This document shows positions 1 to 15,970 of a stretch of 64,000 nt of DNA, in pieces. The DNA is taken from NCBI RefSeq assembly GCF_030384885.1, contig NZ_CP128613.1; one strand, written 5' to 3'. The position numbers and the translations under genes were made by a program. A model generated the notes under the pieces. That model was not told where the DNA came from. It saw only the letters and a program-made list of their open reading frames with translations, and did no database searches. This DNA comes from Escherichia coli (GTDB lineage Bacteria; Pseudomonadota; Gammaproteobacteria; Enterobacterales; Enterobacteriaceae). How positions within the stretch are numbered: position 1 is the stretch's first letter; every line of letters starts with the position of its first letter.

Positions 1-1780
<1,780 letters not shown>

Positions 1781-1812
1781 TTTGTACACCGTCCGGCACT
1801 CAATCGCCAAAA

Positions 1813-2040
1813 AGAAAAAAGCCAGCAGATAATCACTGCTGGCGTGGCGATTAACACCAATACTCAGTCACACATGATGTCCGCAAATCAGTAGTCAGAA
1901 TGACTCCCCTCCCACTGCATCAGCTCTTCAAGCATGGTTAATCGTTGTGGGACGCTTAACCAACGCAACCAGCACAACGTCGCTGTCGCGGTAAAATAGT
2001 GCTGATAAAACTGACGCATGGGGCACCTCCTTGCTTCATC
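1813..2040 (-). ncRNA. sgrS: SgrS small RNA (glucose-phosphate stress), ends approximate
   Basis: Minus strand reads GATGAAGCAAGG…CCCCATGCGTCAG (sgrS 5' end and sgrT start), the conserved GAGUAUUGGUGU seed, and a terminal hairpin GCCAGCAG-N7-CUGCUGGC followed by a U-run; divergent from sgrR. Confidence 0.85.
1888..2019 (-). CDS. sgrT: SgrT, 43-aa peptide encoded within sgrS
   Basis: MRQFYQHYFTATATLCWLRWLSVPQRLTMLEELMQWEGSHSDY; the ORF-track entry 1888..2187 is over-extended upstream of this ATG. Confidence 0.8.
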   Translation of the reverse strand: MRQFYQHYFTATATLCWLRWLSVPQRLTMLEELMQWEGSHSDY

Positions 2041-2107
2041 GTTAGGAATTATTGACTTAATATAGGGAAAATAAAATTGCTGACTTTTGCGCAGGAGTTC
2101 CCCTTTT

Positions 2108-3763
2108 ATGCCATCCGCTCGTCTGCAACAACAGTTCATCCGCCTGTGGCAATGCTGCGAGGGTAAATCGCAGGACACGACGCTCAACGAACTGGCAGCG
2201 TTATTGAGCTGCTCGCGTCGTCATATGCGCACCCTGCTCAACACCATGCAGGATCGCGGCTGGCTGACGTGGGAAGCGGAAGTCGGGCGCGGTAAACGCT
2301 CTCGTCTGACATTCTTCTACACCGGGCTGGCGCTTCAGCAACAGCGAGCAGAGGACCTGCTGGAGCAGGATCGTATCGATCAACTGGTGCAACTGGTTGG
2401 CGACAAAGCGGCTGTGCGGCAAATGTTGGTTTCTCATCTGGGGCGTACCTTCCGCCAGGGGCGGCACATCCTGCGCGTTCTCTACTATCGTCCGTTGCGC
2501 AATCTGCTGCCCGGCAGTGCATTGCGCCGTTCCGAAACCCATATCGCCCGGCAAATCTTCAGTTCGCTAACGCGCATAAATGAGGAAAATGGGGAACTGG
2601 AAGCAGACATCGCCCACCACTGGCAGCAAATATCACCGCTTCACTGGCGCTTCTTTTTGCGTCCAGGAGTCCATTTTCACCATGGTCGTGAACTGGAAAT
2701 GGACGATGTGATCGCCTCTTTAAAACGAATCAATACGCTTCCGCTCTATTCACATATTGCGGACATTGTGTCGCCGACGCCCTGGACGCTGGATATCCAT
2801 CTCACGCAACCGGACCGCTGGTTACCGTTACTGCTGGGGCAAGTTCCGGCGATGATCCTGCCACGAGAATGGGAAACCCTCAGTAACTTTGCCAGCCATC
2901 CCATCGGCACCGGTCCGTATGCGGTGATCCGCAACAGCACCAATCAACTGAAAATTCAGGCATTCGATGACTTCTTCGGTTACCGGGCATTAATCGACGA
3001 AGTTAACGTCTGGGTTCTGCCGGAAATTGCCGACGAGCCAGCCGGCGGTCTGATGCTAAAAGGTCCACAGGGCGAGGAAAAAGAGATTGAAAGTCGGCTG
3101 GAGGAAGGTTGCTACTATTTACTGTTCGACAGCCGCACCCACCGTGGGGCGAATCAGCAAGTCAGGGACTGGGTAAGTTATGTGCTTTCTCCAACTAATC
3201 TGGTCTATTTCGCCGAGGAACAATACCAGCAACTCTGGTTTCCGGCTTATGGACTGCTCCCCCGCTGGCATCATGCCCACCCGGCGCAGTGCGAAAAACC
3301 TGCCGGGCTGGAAAGCCTCACCCTGACCTTTTATCAGGATCATATTGAGCATCGGGTGATTGCCAGGATCATGCAGCAGATTCTGGCAAGTCATCAGGTC
3401 ACACTTGAAATTAAAGAGATCAGCTATGATCAGTGGCACGAAGGAGAGATCGAGAGCGATATCTGGCTTAACAGCGCCAACTTTACGCTGCCGCTGGATT
3501 TTTCGCTGTTCGCGCACTTGTGCGAGGTGCCGCTGCTCCAACACTGTATTCCGATCGACTGGCAAGCCGACGCCGCCCGCTGGCGCAATGGCGAAATGAA
3601 CCTGGCGAACTGGTGCCAGCAACTGGTCGCCAGCAAAGCAATGGTGCCGCTCATCCACCACTGGCTGATCATTCAGGGGCAACGCAGTATGCGCGGCCTG
3701 CGCATGAACACTCTCGGCTGGTTCGATTTTAAATCCGCGTGGTTTGCGCCACCGGATCCATGA
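2108..3763 (+). CDS. sgrR: Transcriptional regulator SgrR
   Basis: Protein from [17 protein letters not shown]… recognised as SgrR; ATG at 2108 with AGGAG RBS at 2093-2097; the track start at 2087 is a TTG extension. Confidence 0.93.
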   Translation: MPSARLQQQFIRLWQCCEGKSQDTTLNELAALLSCSRRHMRTLLNTMQDRGWLTWEAEVGRGKRSRLTFFYTGLALQQQRAEDLLEQDRIDQLVQLVGDKAAVRQMLVSHLGRTFRQGRHILRVLYYRPLRNLLPGSALRRSETHIARQIFSSLTRINEENGELEADIAHHWQQISPLHWRFFLRPGVHFHHGRELEMDDVIASLKRINTLPLYSHIADIVSPTPWTLDIHLTQPDRWLPLLLGQVPAMILPREWETLSNFASHPIGTGPYAVIRNSTNQLKIQAFDDFFGYRALIDEVNVWVLPEIADEPAGGLMLKGPQGEEKEIESRLEEGCYYLLFDSRTHRGANQQVRDWVSYVLSPTNLVYFAEEQYQQLWFPAYGLLPRWHHAHPAQCEKPAGLESLTLTFYQDHIEHRVIARIMQQILASHQVTLEIKEISYDQWHEGEIESDIWLNSANFTLPLDFSLFAHLCEVPLLQHCIPIDWQADAARWRNGEMNLANWCQQLVASKAMVPLIHHWLIIQGQRSMRGLRMNTLGWFDFKSAWFAPPDP

Positions 3764-3794
3764 TTGCTGGTTGATAACAAAATCACTACACTAA

Positions 3795-3900
3795 CGCCGT
3801 TCTCAACGGGGTGCCACGCAGACGCGTGCGCTGAGAAAATACCCGTCGAACCTGATCCGGATAACGCCGGCGAAGGGATTTGAGGCTCCTTCTCAAGTCC
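3795..3900 (+). promoter_or_regulatory. TPP riboswitch (thi box) in the thiBPQ leader
   Basis: GGGGTGCC…CTGAGAAAATACCCGTCGAACCTGATCCGGATAACGCCGGCGAAGGGA fits the thi-box consensus directly upstream of thiB. Confidence 0.85.
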
Positions 3901-3926
3901 TTTGCCACTCTTCTTTGAGGTGCAAA

Positions 3927-4910
3927 GTGTTAAAAAAATATCTTCCCCTGCTGTTGCTCTGTACAGCACCCGCTTTCGCTAAACCCGTTCTGACTGTTTA
4001 TACCTACGATTCCTTCGCCGCCGACTGGGGGCCAGGTCCGGTGGTGAAAAAAGCCTTTGAAGCCGACTGTAATTGCGAACTGAAACTGGTGGCGCTGGAA
4101 GATGGCGTTTCGCTTCTCAACCGTCTACGGATGGAAGGCAAAAACAGCAAAGCCGATGTGGTGCTGGGGCTGGATAACAATCTGTTAGATGCCGCCAGCA
4201 AAACCGGGCTGTTTGCTAAAAGCGGTGTGGCAGCAGATGCGGTAAATGTACCCGGCGGCTGGAATAATGACACTTTCGTCCCGTTTGATTACGGTTATTT
4301 CGCCTTCGTCTATGACAAGAACAAACTGAAAAATCCGCCGCAAAGCCTGAAAGAGCTGGTTGAAAGCGATCAGAACTGGCGAGTGATTTATCAGGATCCA
4401 CGTACCAGTACGCCGGGCCTGGGCCTGTTGTTGTGGATGCAAAAAGTCTATGGCGATGACGCCCCACAAGCCTGGCAGAAACTGGCGAAGAAAACGGTCA
4501 CGGTCACCAAAGGCTGGAGCGAAGCCTACGGCCTGTTCTTAAAAGGCGAAAGCGATCTGGTACTGAGTTACACCACCTCTCCGGCTTATCACATTCTCGA
4601 AGAGAAGAAAGATAACTACGCCGCCGCGAACTTCAGCGAAGGTCACTATTTGCAAGTGGAAGTCGCCGCCCGCACCGCTGCCAGCAAACAGCCGGAGCTG
4701 GCGCAAAAATTCCTCCAGTTTATGGTTTCTCCGGCTTTTCAGAATGCGATCCCAACCGGCAACTGGATGTATCCGGTGGCAAACGTCACGCTGCCTGCCG
4801 GTTTTGAAAAATTGACCAAACCGGCAACCACGCTGGAGTTCACGCCAGCCGAGGTGGCGGCACAACGTCAGGCATGGATTAGCGAATGGCAACGCGCCGT
4901 CAGCCGTTAA
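3927..4910 (+). CDS. thiB: Thiamine ABC transporter periplasmic binding protein
   Basis: Recognised as ThiB/TbpA with signal peptide (LLLLCTAPAFA); probable GTG start at 3927 with GAGG RBS at 3917-3920; track start 3915 is TTG. Confidence 0.92.
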   Translation: MLKKYLPLLLLCTAPAFAKPVLTVYTYDSFAADWGPGPVVKKAFEADCNCELKLVALEDGVSLLNRLRMEGKNSKADVVLGLDNNLLDAASKTGLFAKSGVAADAVNVPGGWNNDTFVPFDYGYFAFVYDKNKLKNPPQSLKELVESDQNWRVIYQDPRTSTPGLGLLLWMQKVYGDDAPQAWQKLAKKTVTVTKGWSEAYGLFLKGESDLVLSYTTSPAYHILEEKKDNYAAANFSEGHYLQVEVAARTAASKQPELAQKFLQFMVSPAFQNAIPTGNWMYPVANVTLPAGFEKLTKPATTLEFTPAEVAAQRQAWISEWQRAVSR

Positions 4911-6496
4911 TTCCCGGCTGGTTAATTCCAGGCGTAAGCGCCGCTACGCTTGTGGTGGCGGTTGCACTGGCGGCATTTCTCGCCCTGTGGTGGAACGCGC
5001 CGCAGGGTGACTGGGTGGCAATCTGGCAGGACAGCTACCTGTGGCATGTGGTGCGCTTCTCCTTCTGGCAGGCGTTTCTCTCGGCGCTGCTCTCTGTCGT
5101 ACCCGCGATATTCCTCGCCCGCGCGCTCTATCGCAGGCGCTTTCCGGGTCGGCTGACGCTGTTGCGTCTGTGCGCAATGACCTTGATCCTCCCGGTGCTG
5201 GTTGCTGTTTTCGGCATTCTTAGCGTCTATGGTCGCCAGGGCTGGCTGGCATCACTCTGCCAATCGCTCGGTCTGGAGTGGACCTTTTCGCCCTACGGCC
5301 TGCAAGGTATTTTGCTGGCGCACGTATTTTTTAATCTGCCGATGGCGAGCCGCTTATTACTCCAGGCACTGGAAAACATTCCCGGCGAACAACGTCAACT
5401 TGCCGCCCAGCTTGGGATGCGCGGCTGGCATTTTTTCCGCTTCGTCGAATGGCCGTGGTTACGGCGTCAAATCCCGCCGGTTGCCGCGCTTATCTTTATG
5501 CTCTGTTTCGCCAGCTTCGCCACCGTGCTATCGCTGGGCGGCGGTCCGCAGGCGACCACTATCGAGCTGGCAATCTATCAGGCGCTGAGTTACGACTACG
5601 ATCCCGCCCGCGCGGCGATGCTGGCGCTGATCCAGATGGTTTGTTGCCTTGGGCTGGTGCTGTTGAGTCAGCGACTAAGTAAGGCCATTGCGCCCGGCAC
5701 CACGCTGCTGCAAGGCTGGCGCGACCCGGACGATCGTCTGCATAGCCGCATTTGCGACACGGTGTTAATTGTGCTGGCGCTGTTGCTGTTGCTGCCACCG
5801 TTACTGGCGGTGCTCGTCGATGGGATAAATCGCCAGTTGCCGGAAGTGCTGGCGCAGCCGGTGCTGTGGCAGGCACTGTGGACCTCGTTGCGTATTGCGC
5901 TGGCGGCAGGCGTATTATGCGTAGTGCTGACCATGATGCTGCTATGGAGCAGTCGCGAATTGCGGGCACGGCAAAAAATGCTGGCGGGTCAGGCGCTGGA
6001 GATGAGCGGAATGCTGATCCTCGCCATGCCGGGGATTGTGCTGGCAACGGGCTTCTTTTTACTGCTCAACAACACCATCGGCCTGCCACAATCTGCTGAC
6101 GGCATCGTGATTTTCACCAATGCGTTAATGGCCATCCCTTATGCGCTGAAAGTGCTGGAAAACCCGATGCGCGATATCACTGCCCGCTATAGCATGCTTT
6201 GTCAGTCGCTGGGCATTGAAGGCTGGTCGCGCTTAAAAGTGGTGGAGCTGCGCGCCCTGAAACGTCCGCTGGCGCAGGCGCTGGCCTTTGCGTGTGTGCT
6301 GTCGATTGGTGATTTTGGCGTGGTGGCGTTGTTCGGTAACGATGATTTCCGCACCCTGCCGTTTTATCTCTACCAGCAAATTGGCTCCTATCGTAGCCAG
6401 GATGGCGCGGTGACCGCGTTAATTCTACTGCTGCTCTGTTTTCTGCTGTTTACCGTGATTGAAAAACTACCGGGGCGAAATGTTAAAACTGACTGA
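4886..6496 (+). CDS. thiP: Thiamine ABC transporter permease
   Basis: 536-aa polytopic membrane protein recognised as ThiP; overlaps thiB 3' end. Confidence 0.95.
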   Translation: MATRRQPLIPGWLIPGVSAATLVVAVALAAFLALWWNAPQGDWVAIWQDSYLWHVVRFSFWQAFLSALLSVVPAIFLARALYRRRFPGRLTLLRLCAMTLILPVLVAVFGILSVYGRQGWLASLCQSLGLEWTFSPYGLQGILLAHVFFNLPMASRLLLQALENIPGEQRQLAAQLGMRGWHFFRFVEWPWLRRQIPPVAALIFMLCFASFATVLSLGGGPQATTIELAIYQALSYDYDPARAAMLALIQMVCCLGLVLLSQRLSKAIAPGTTLLQGWRDPDDRLHSRICDTVLIVLALLLLLPPLLAVLVDGINRQLPEVLAQPVLWQALWTSLRIALAAGVLCVVLTMMLLWSSRELRARQKMLAGQALEMSGMLILAMPGIVLATGFFLLLNNTIGLPQSADGIVIFTNALMAIPYALKVLENPMRDITARYSMLCQSLGIEGWSRLKVVELRALKRPLAQALAFACVLSIGDFGVVALFGNDDFRTLPFYLYQQIGSYRSQDGAVTALILLLLCFLLFTVIEKLPGRNVKTD

Positions 6497-7178
6497 TATC
6501 ACCTGGCTTTATCACCATTTGCCGATGCGTTTTAGCTTAACGGTGGAACCCGGCGAGCAGGTGGCGATCCTCGGGCCAAGCGGCGCGGGTAAAAGTACCC
6601 TGCTAAATTTGATCGCCGGTTTTCTGACGCCAGCCAGCGGTTCGCTGACTATCGATGGTATTGATCACACCACTACGCCGCCGTCACGCCGTCCGGTATC
6701 GATGCTGTTTCAGGAGAACAACCTGTTCAGTCACCTGACGGTCGCGCAGAACATCGGGCTGGGGCTTAATCCTGGATTGAAGCTGAACGCGGCGCAGCAG
6801 GAGAAAATGCATGCTATCGCCCGCCAGATGGGGATTGATAATTTAATGGCGCGATTACCGGGCGAGCTTTCTGGCGGTCAGCGACAGCGCGTGGCGTTAG
6901 CGCGTTGTATGGTGCGCGAACAGCCGATTTTATTGCTCGATGAACCGTTCTCTGCGCTCGATCCGGCGTTACGTCAGGAGATGCTGACGCTGGTGAGCAC
7001 GAGCTGCCAGCAGCAAAAAATGACGCTATTGATGGTGTCGCACAGTGTGGAAGATGCGGCCCGGATCGCCACACGCTCGGTGGTGGTCGCCGACGGGCGC
7101 ATCGCCTGGCAGGGTAAGACTGAAGAATTGTTGAGCGGTAAGGCGAGTGCTTCGGCAATATTGGGGATTACGGGTTAG
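6480..7178 (+). CDS. thiQ: Thiamine ABC transporter ATP-binding protein
   Basis: Walker [10 protein letters not shown] and ABC signature LSGGQRQR; start taken at ATG 6480 (MLKLTDITW); overlaps thiP end. Confidence 0.93.
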   Translation: MLKLTDITWLYHHLPMRFSLTVEPGEQVAILGPSGAGKSTLLNLIAGFLTPASGSLTIDGIDHTTTPPSRRPVSMLFQENNLFSHLTVAQNIGLGLNPGLKLNAAQQEKMHAIARQMGIDNLMARLPGELSGGQRQRVALARCMVREQPILLLDEPFSALDPALRQEMLTLVSTSCQQQKMTLLMVSHSVEDAARIATRSVVVADGRIAWQGKTEELLSGKASASAILGITG

Positions 7179-7184
7179 TATGCA

Positions 7185-7280
<96 letters not shown>

Positions 7281-7290
7281 AGACTATCCC

Positions 7291-8055
7291 CTAAACCCCA
7301 ACCACTTTCCGCAAAATATCGATATATACCGGCATCAACGGGTGGCGAATTAACACCACCAGCGCCACCACGCCGATGGCAGAAATCAACGGTGTCAACC
7401 ACAACAAATGACCGCGCGACAAATAATGACTTAAACGATCAGTTACCTTGCCGCTGCGCCATAACCGCCAACACAGCCAGCCGCCAACCCACAAAAACAC
7501 CGCTGTTGCCAGCAGCAACCACTTAAATTCACCGCTCTGCATCCCGGCAGGAATATCGATCGCCGCACCCGCCAGAATCCCCGGCAGGAAGTAAAACGGA
7601 GGCCATAACAGGCAGCCGATAATATTTGGCGTAATAAATTTCGCCACCGGGAGATCCAACATTCCCGCCACCATTGGCACCAGCGGACGCGTCGGGCCGA
7701 CAAAACGACCGACCAGAATGGTAAACATGCTGTGTTGATGCAACGCATGTTCAGTTTTATCGAGTAATGCTTTGTTCTTCTTCAGAAACGACCAGCGATG
7801 CAACGGCTTTTTAAAACGCCAGCCCAGCCAGAAGGAGATCCAGTCGCCCATCAGGCAACCGACAATCCCTGCCAGCCAGGCGTGCCAGAAACTTAACTCG
7901 CCGCTGCCAATCAGCGCTCCCAGTCCTGCCATCAGCACCGTACCGGGCAGAATCAAACCGACCAGCGCCAGCGACTCCAGAAAGGCCACCAACATTACCG
8001 CCATCAATGAATACACGGTGGATTGGGTAATAAAGTGTTCCAGCAATGCTTGCAT
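7291..8055 (-). CDS. yabI: DedA-family inner membrane protein
   Basis: 254-aa hydrophobic protein at the K-12 yabI position between thiQ and araC. Confidence 0.9.
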   Translation of the reverse strand: MQALLEHFITQSTVYSLMAVMLVAFLESLALVGLILPGTVLMAGLGALIGSGELSFWHAWLAGIVGCLMGDWISFWLGWRFKKPLHRWSFLKKNKALLDKTEHALHQHSMFTILVGRFVGPTRPLVPMVAGMLDLPVAKFITPNIIGCLLWPPFYFLPGILAGAAIDIPAGMQSGEFKWLLLATAVFLWVGGWLCWRLWRSGKVTDRLSHYLSRGHLLWLTPLISAIGVVALVVLIRHPLMPVYIDILRKVVGV

Positions 8056-8140
8056 AATGTGCCTGTCAAATGGACGAAGCAGGGATTCTGCAAACCCTAT
8101 GCTACTCCGTCAAGCCGTCAATTATCTGATTCGTTACCAA

Positions 8141-9019
8141 TTATGACAACTTGACGGCTACATCATTCACTTTTTCTTCACAACCGGCACGGAACTCACT
8201 TGGGCTGGCCCCGGTGCATTTTTTAAATACCCGCGAGAAATAGAGTTGATCGTCAAAGCCAACATTGCGACCGACAGTGGCGATAGGCATCCGTGTGGTG
8301 CTCAAAAGCAGCTTCGCCTGGCTGATGCGTTGGTCCTCGCGCCAGCTTAAGACACTAATCCCTAACTGTTGGCGGAACAGATGTGACAGACGCGACGGCG
8401 ACAGGCAGACATGCTGCGCCACGCTGGCAATATCAAAATTGCTGTCTGCGAGGTGATCGCTAATGTACTGACAAGCCTCGCGTACCCGATTATCCATCGG
8501 TGGATGGAGCGACTCGTTAATTGCTTCCATGCGCCGAAGTAACAATTGCTCAAGCAGATTTATCGCCAGCAGCTCCGAATAGCGCCCTTCCCCTTGCCCG
8601 GCGTTAATGATTTGCCCAAACAGGTCGCTGAAATGCGGCTGGTGCGCTTCATCCGGGCGAAAGAAACCGGTATTGGCAAATATTGACGGCCAGTTAAGCC
8701 ATTCATGCCAGTAGGCGCGCGGACGAAAGTAAACCCACTGGTGATACCATTCGCGAGCCTCCGGATGACGACCGTAGTGATGAATCTCTCCTGGCGGGAA
8801 CAGCAAAATATCACCCGGTCGGCAGACAAATTCTCGTCCCTGATTTTTCACCACCCCCTGGCCGCGTATGGTGAGATTGAGAATATAACCCTTCATTCCC
8901 AGCGGTCGGTCGATAAAAAAATCGAGATAACCGTTGGCCTCAATCGGCGTTAAACCCGCCACCAGATGGGCGTTAAACGAGTATCCCGGCAGCAGGGGAT
9001 CATTTTGCGCTTCAGCCAT
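8141..9019 (-). CDS. araC: Arabinose operon regulator AraC
   Basis: Protein from [15 protein letters not shown]… recognised as AraC (292 aa); the track ORF is extended by 17 codons. Confidence 0.95.
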
Positions 9020-11058
<2,039 letters not shown>

Positions 11059-11068
11059 GGACACGACA

Positions 11069-12571
11069 ATGACAATTTTTGATAATTATGAAGTGTGGTT
11101 TGTAATTGGCAGCCAGCATCTGTATGGCCCGGAAACCCTGCGTCAGGTCACCCAACATGCCGAACACGTCGTTAATGCGCTGAATACGGAAGCGAAACTG
11201 CCCTGCAAACTGGTGCTGAAACCGCTGGGCACCACGCCGGATGAAATCACCGCTATTTGCCGTGACGCGAATTACGACGATCGTTGCGCTGGTCTGGTGG
11301 TGTGGCTGCACACCTTCTCTCCAGCCAAAATGTGGATTAACGGCCTGACCATGCTCAATAAGCCGTTGCTGCAATTCCACACCCAGTTCAACGCGGCGCT
11401 GCCGTGGGACAGTATCGACATGGACTTTATGAACCTGAACCAGACTGCACATGGCGGTCGCGAGTTTGGCTTCATTGGCGCACGTATGCGTCAGCAACAT
11501 GCCGTCGTTACCGGTCACTGGCAGGATAAACAGGCACATGAGCGTATCGGCTCATGGATGCGTCAGGCGGTCTCTAAACAGGATACCCGTCATCTGAAAG
11601 TTTGCCGCTTTGGCGATAACATGCGTGAAGTAGCGGTTACCGATGGCGATAAAGTTGCCGCACAAATCAAATTCGGTTTCTCCGTCAATACCTGGGCGGT
11701 TGGCGATCTGGTGCAGGTGGTGAACTCCATCAGCGATGGCGATGTTAACGCGCTGGTCGATGAGTACGAAAGCTGCTACACCATGACGCCTGCGACACAA
11801 ATCCACGGCGAAAAACGGCAGAACGTGCTGGAAGCTGCGCGTATTGAGCTGGGGATGAAGCGTTTCCTGGAACAAGGTGGCTTCCATGCGTTCACCACCA
11901 CCTTTGAAGATTTGCACGGTCTGAAGCAGCTTCCAGGCCTGGCCGTGCAGCGTCTGATGCAACAGGGCTACGGCTTTGCGGGCGAAGGCGACTGGAAAAC
12001 TGCCGCCCTGCTTCGCATCATGAAGGTGATGTCAACCGGTCTGCAGGGCGGCACCTCTTTTATGGAGGACTATACCTACCACTTCGAGAAAGGTAATGAC
12101 CTGGTGCTCGGCTCCCACATGCTGGAAGTCTGCCCGTCGATCGCTGCAGAAGAGAAACCGATCCTCGACGTTCAGCACCTCGGTATTGGTGGTAAAGACG
12201 ACCCGGCCCGCCTAATCTTCAACACCCAAACCGGTCCGGCCATTGTCGCCAGCCTGATTGATCTCGGCGATCGTTACCGTCTGCTGGTTAACTGCATCGA
12301 CACGGTGAAAACGCCGCACACCCTGCCGAAACTGCCGGTGGCGAATGCGCTGTGGAAAGCGCAGCCGGATCTACCAACCGCTTCCGAAGCGTGGATCCTT
12401 GCTGGTGGCGCGCACCACACCGTCTTCAGCCATGCGTTGAACCTCAACGATATGCGCCAGTTTGCCGAGATGCACGACATTGAAATCACGGTGATTGATA
12501 ACGACACCCGCCTGCCAGCGTTTAAAGATGCACTGCGCTGGAACGAAGTGTATTACGGATTTCGTCGCTAA
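11069..12571 (+). CDS. araA: L-arabinose isomerase
   Basis: 500-aa protein recognised as AraA. Confidence 0.97.
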   Translation: MTIFDNYEVWFVIGSQHLYGPETLRQVTQHAEHVVNALNTEAKLPCKLVLKPLGTTPDEITAICRDANYDDRCAGLVVWLHTFSPAKMWINGLTMLNKPLLQFHTQFNAALPWDSIDMDFMNLNQTAHGGREFGFIGARMRQQHAVVTGHWQDKQAHERIGSWMRQAVSKQDTRHLKVCRFGDNMREVAVTDGDKVAAQIKFGFSVNTWAVGDLVQVVNSISDGDVNALVDEYESCYTMTPATQIHGEKRQNVLEAARIELGMKRFLEQGGFHAFTTTFEDLHGLKQLPGLAVQRLMQQGYGFAGEGDWKTAALLRIMKVMSTGLQGGTSFMEDYTYHFEKGNDLVLGSHMLEVCPSIAAEEKPILDVQHLGIGGKDDPARLIFNTQTGPAIVASLIDLGDRYRLLVNCIDTVKTPHTLPKLPVANALWKAQPDLPTASEAWILAGGAHHTVFSHALNLNDMRQFAEMHDIEITVIDNDTRLPAFKDALRWNEVYYGFRR

Positions 12572-12574
12572 GTA

Positions 12575-12678
12575 GCCGCATCAGGTATGTAACGCCTGAT
12601 GCGACGCTGACGCGTCTTATCTGGCCTACACGTTCCGATTTTGTAGGCCGGATAAGCAAAGCGCATCCGGCACGAAGG
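12575..12678. repeat. REP/BIME elements between araA and araD
   Basis: GCCGCATCAGG…CGCCTGATGCGACGC and TGTAGGCCGGATAAG…GCGCATCCGGCA palindromic units. Confidence 0.7.
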
Positions 12679-12685
12679 AGTCAAC

Positions 12686-13381
12686 ATGTTAGAAGATCTC
12701 AAACGTCAGGTTTTAGAAGCCAACCTGGCGCTGCCAAAACACAACCTGGTCACGCTGACCTGGGGCAACGTCAGCGCCGTTGATCGCGAGCGCGGCGTCT
12801 TTGTAATCAAACCTTCCGGCGTCGATTACAGCATCATGACCGCTGACGATATGGTCGTGGTCAGCATCGAAACCGGTGAAGTGGTAGAAGGTACGAAAAA
12901 GCCCTCCTCCGACACGCCAACTCACCGGCTGCTCTATCAGGCATTCCCGTCCATTGGCGGCATTGTGCATACGCACTCGCGCCACGCCACCATCTGGGCG
13001 CAGGCGGGCCAGTCAATTCCGGCAACCGGCACCACCCACGCCGACTATTTCTACGGCACCATTCCCTGCACTCGCAAAATGACCGACGCAGAAATCAACG
13101 GCGAATATGAGTGGGAAACCGGTAACGTCATCGTTGAAACTTTCGAAAAACAGGGTATCGACGCAGCGCAAATGCCTGGCGTTCTGGTCCATTCTCACGG
13201 CCCGTTTGCATGGGGTAAAAACGCTGAAGACGCAGTGCATAACGCCATCGTGCTGGAAGAAGTCGCTTATATGGGGATTTTCTGCCGCCAGCTTGCTCCG
13301 CAACTGCCTGATATGCAGCAAACATTGCTGGATAAACACTATCTGCGTAAGCATGGTGCGAAGGCATATTACGGGCAGTAA
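12686..13381 (+). CDS. araD: L-ribulose-5-phosphate 4-epimerase
   Basis: 231-aa protein recognised as AraD. Confidence 0.97.
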   Translation: MLEDLKRQVLEANLALPKHNLVTLTWGNVSAVDRERGVFVIKPSGVDYSIMTADDMVVVSIETGEVVEGTKKPSSDTPTHRLLYQAFPSIGGIVHTHSRHATIWAQAGQSIPATGTTHADYFYGTIPCTRKMTDAEINGEYEWETGNVIVETFEKQGIDAAQMPGVLVHSHGPFAWGKNAEDAVHNAIVLEEVAYMGIFCRQLAPQLPDMQQTLLDKHYLRKHGAKAYYGQ

Positions 13382-13384
13382 TGA

Positions 13385-13400
13385 CTGTATAAAACCACAG
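13385..13400 (+). promoter_or_regulatory. LexA (SOS) box of polB
   Basis: CTGTATAAAACCACAG fits CTGT-N8-ACAG; lies upstream of a TATAAT hexamer (13421-13426) and the polB GTG start. Confidence 0.8.
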
Positions 13401-13455
13401 CCAATCAAACGAAACCAGGCTATAATCAAGCCTGGTTTTTTGATGGAATTTCAGC

Positions 13456-15807
13456 GTGGCGCAGGCAGGTTTTATCTTAACCCGACACTGGCGGGACACC
13501 CCGCAAGGGACAGAGATCTCTTTCTGGTTAGCGACGGACAACGGGCCGTTGCAGGTTACGCTTGCACCGCAAGAGTCCGTGGCGTTTATTCCCGCCGATC
13601 AGGTTCCCCGCGCCCAGCATATTTTGCAGGGTGAACAAGGCTTTCGCCTGACGCCGCTGGCGTTAAAGGATTTTCATCGCCAGCCGGTGTATGGCCTTTA
13701 CTGTCGCGCCCATCGCCAGTTAATGAATTACGAAAAGCGCCTGCGTGAAGGTGGCGTTACCGTCTACGAGGCCGATGTGCGCCCGCCGGAACGCTATCTG
13801 ATGGAGCGGTTTATCACCTCTCCGGTGTGGGTCGAGGGTGATATGCGCAATGGCGCTATCGTTAATGCCCGTCTGAAACCGCATCCCGACTACCGCCCGC
13901 CGCTCAAGTGGGTTTCTATTGATATTGAAACTACCCGCCACGGTGAACTGTACTGCATCGGTCTGGAAGGCTGCGGGCAGCGCATCGTTTATATGCTGGG
14001 GCCGGAGAATGGCGATGCCTCCGCGCTTGATTTCGAACTGGAGTACGTCGCCAGTCGTCCGCAGCTGCTGGAAAAACTCAACGCCTGGTTTGCTAACCAC
14101 GATCCTGATGTGATCATCGGCTGGAACGTGGTGCAGTTCGATCTGCGAATGCTGCAAAAACATGCCGAGCGCTACCGTATTCCACTGCGTCTGGGGCGCG
14201 ATAACAGTGAGCTGGAGTGGCGCGAGCATGGCTTTAAAAACGGTGTGTTTTTTGCCCAGGCTAAAGGTCGGCTAATTATCGACGGTATCGAGGCGCTGAA
14301 ATCTGCATTCTGGAATTTCTCTTCGTTCTCGCTGGAAACCGTCGCTCAGGAGTTATTAGGCGAAGGAAAATCTATCGATAACCCGTGGGATCGGATGGAC
14401 GAAATTGACCGCCGTTTCGCCGAAGATAAACCTGCCCTGGCGACTTATAACCTGAAAGATTGCGAGCTGGTGACGCAGATCTTCCACAAAACTGAAATCA
14501 TGCCGTTTCTACTCGAACGGGCGACGGTGAACGGCCTCCCAGTAGATCGGCACGGGGGATCGGTGGCGGCGTTTGGTCATCTCTATTTTCCGCGAATGCA
14601 TCGCGCTGGTTATGTCGCGCCTAATCTCGGCGAAGTGCCGCCGCACGCCAGCCCTGGCGGCTACGTGATGGATTCACGGCCAGGGCTTTATGATTCGGTG
14701 CTGGTGCTGGACTACAAAAGCCTGTACCCGTCGATCATCCGCACCTATCTGATTGATCCCGTCGGGCTGGTGGAAGGCATGGCGCAGCCTGATCCAGAGC
14801 ACAGCACCGAAGGCTTTCTCGATGCCTGGTTCTCGCGGGAGAAACATTGCCTGCCGGAGATTGTGACTAACATCTGGCACGGGCGCGATGAAGCCAAACG
14901 CCAGGGCAATAAGCCACTGTCGCAGGCGCTGAAGATCATCATGAATGCCTTTTATGGCGTGCTCGGGACTACCGCCTGTCGCTTCTTCGATCCCCGCCTG
15001 GCGTCGTCAATCACCATGCGTGGTCATCAGATCATGCGGCAAACCAAAGCGTTGATTGAAGCGCAGGGCTATGACGTAATCTACGGCGATACTGACTCAA
15101 CGTTTGTCTGGCTGAAAGGCGCACATTCGGAAGAAGAAGCGGCGAAAATCGGTCGTGCACTGGTGCAGCACGTTAACGCCTGGTGGGCAGAAACGTTGCA
15201 ACAGCAACGGCTGACTAGCGCATTAGAACTGGAGTATGAAACCCATTTCTGCCGTTTTCTGATGCCAACCATTCGTGGAGCCGATACGGGCAGCAAAAAG
15301 CGCTATGCCGGGCTGATTCAGGAAGGCGATAAACAACGGATGGTGTTTAAAGGGCTGGAAACCGTACGCACCGACTGGACACCGCTGGCCCAGCAGTTTC
15401 AGCAGGAGCTATATCTACGTATCTTCCGCAACGAGCCATATCAGGAATACGTTCGCGAAACCATCGACAAACTGATGGCAGGCGAACTGGATGCACGGCT
15501 GGTTTACCGTAAACGCCTTCGCCGTCCACTGAGCGAATATCAGCGTAATGTGCCGCCTCATGTACGCGCCGCTCGCCTTGCCGATGAAGAAAACCAAAAG
15601 CGCGGTCGCCCCTTGCAATATCAGAACCGCGGCACCATTAAGTACGTCTGGACCACCAACGGCCCGGAGCCGCTGGACTACCAACGTTCACCACTGGATT
15701 ACGAACACTATCTGACCCGCCAGCTGCAACCGGTGGCGGAGGGAATACTCCCTTTTATTGAGGATAATTTTGCTACACTTATGACCGGGCAACTTGGGCT
15801 ATTTTGA
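13456..15807 (+). CDS. polB: DNA polymerase II
   Basis: 783-aa family-B polymerase (YGDTDS motif); GTG start. Confidence 0.96.
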   Translation: MAQAGFILTRHWRDTPQGTEISFWLATDNGPLQVTLAPQESVAFIPADQVPRAQHILQGEQGFRLTPLALKDFHRQPVYGLYCRAHRQLMNYEKRLREGGVTVYEADVRPPERYLMERFITSPVWVEGDMRNGAIVNARLKPHPDYRPPLKWVSIDIETTRHGELYCIGLEGCGQRIVYMLGPENGDASALDFELEYVASRPQLLEKLNAWFANHDPDVIIGWNVVQFDLRMLQKHAERYRIPLRLGRDNSELEWREHGFKNGVFFAQAKGRLIIDGIEALKSAFWNFSSFSLETVAQELLGEGKSIDNPWDRMDEIDRRFAEDKPALATYNLKDCELVTQIFHKTEIMPFLLERATVNGLPVDRHGGSVAAFGHLYFPRMHRAGYVAPNLGEVPPHASPGGYVMDSRPGLYDSVLVLDYKSLYPSIIRTYLIDPVGLVEGMAQPDPEHSTEGFLDAWFSREKHCLPEIVTNIWHGRDEAKRQGNKPLSQALKIIMNAFYGVLGTTACRFFDPRLASSITMRGHQIMRQTKALIEAQGYDVIYGDTDSTFVWLKGAHSEEEAAKIGRALVQHVNAWWAETLQQQRLTSALELEYETHFCRFLMPTIRGADTGSKKRYAGLIQEGDKQRMVFKGLETVRTDWTPLAQQFQQELYLRIFRNEPYQEYVRETIDKLMAGELDARLVYRKRLRRPLSEYQRNVPPHVRAARLADEENQKRGRPLQYQNRGTIKYVWTTNGPEPLDYQRSPLDYEHYLTRQLQPVAEGILPFIEDNFATLMTGQLGLF

Positions 15808-15970
15808 GCAAAAAAAGAGTTCGCCAGATACCATTTTGATGCGTGACGAATGCTTTGCCATCCAGTACCATAGCGCCCTTTCCATTCCTGGACCTGAATA
15901 ACACCACTACCTCATAAGCACGGTAGCGGGTGGTTATTGCCTGCAATTAAAGATATAGAGCCGAACACAT

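Noticed and set aside
13107-13634. 175-aa plus-strand ORF spanning the araD 3' end and polB 5' end
   Set aside because: Out-of-frame overlap with two recognised genes; runs across the LexA box and promoter.
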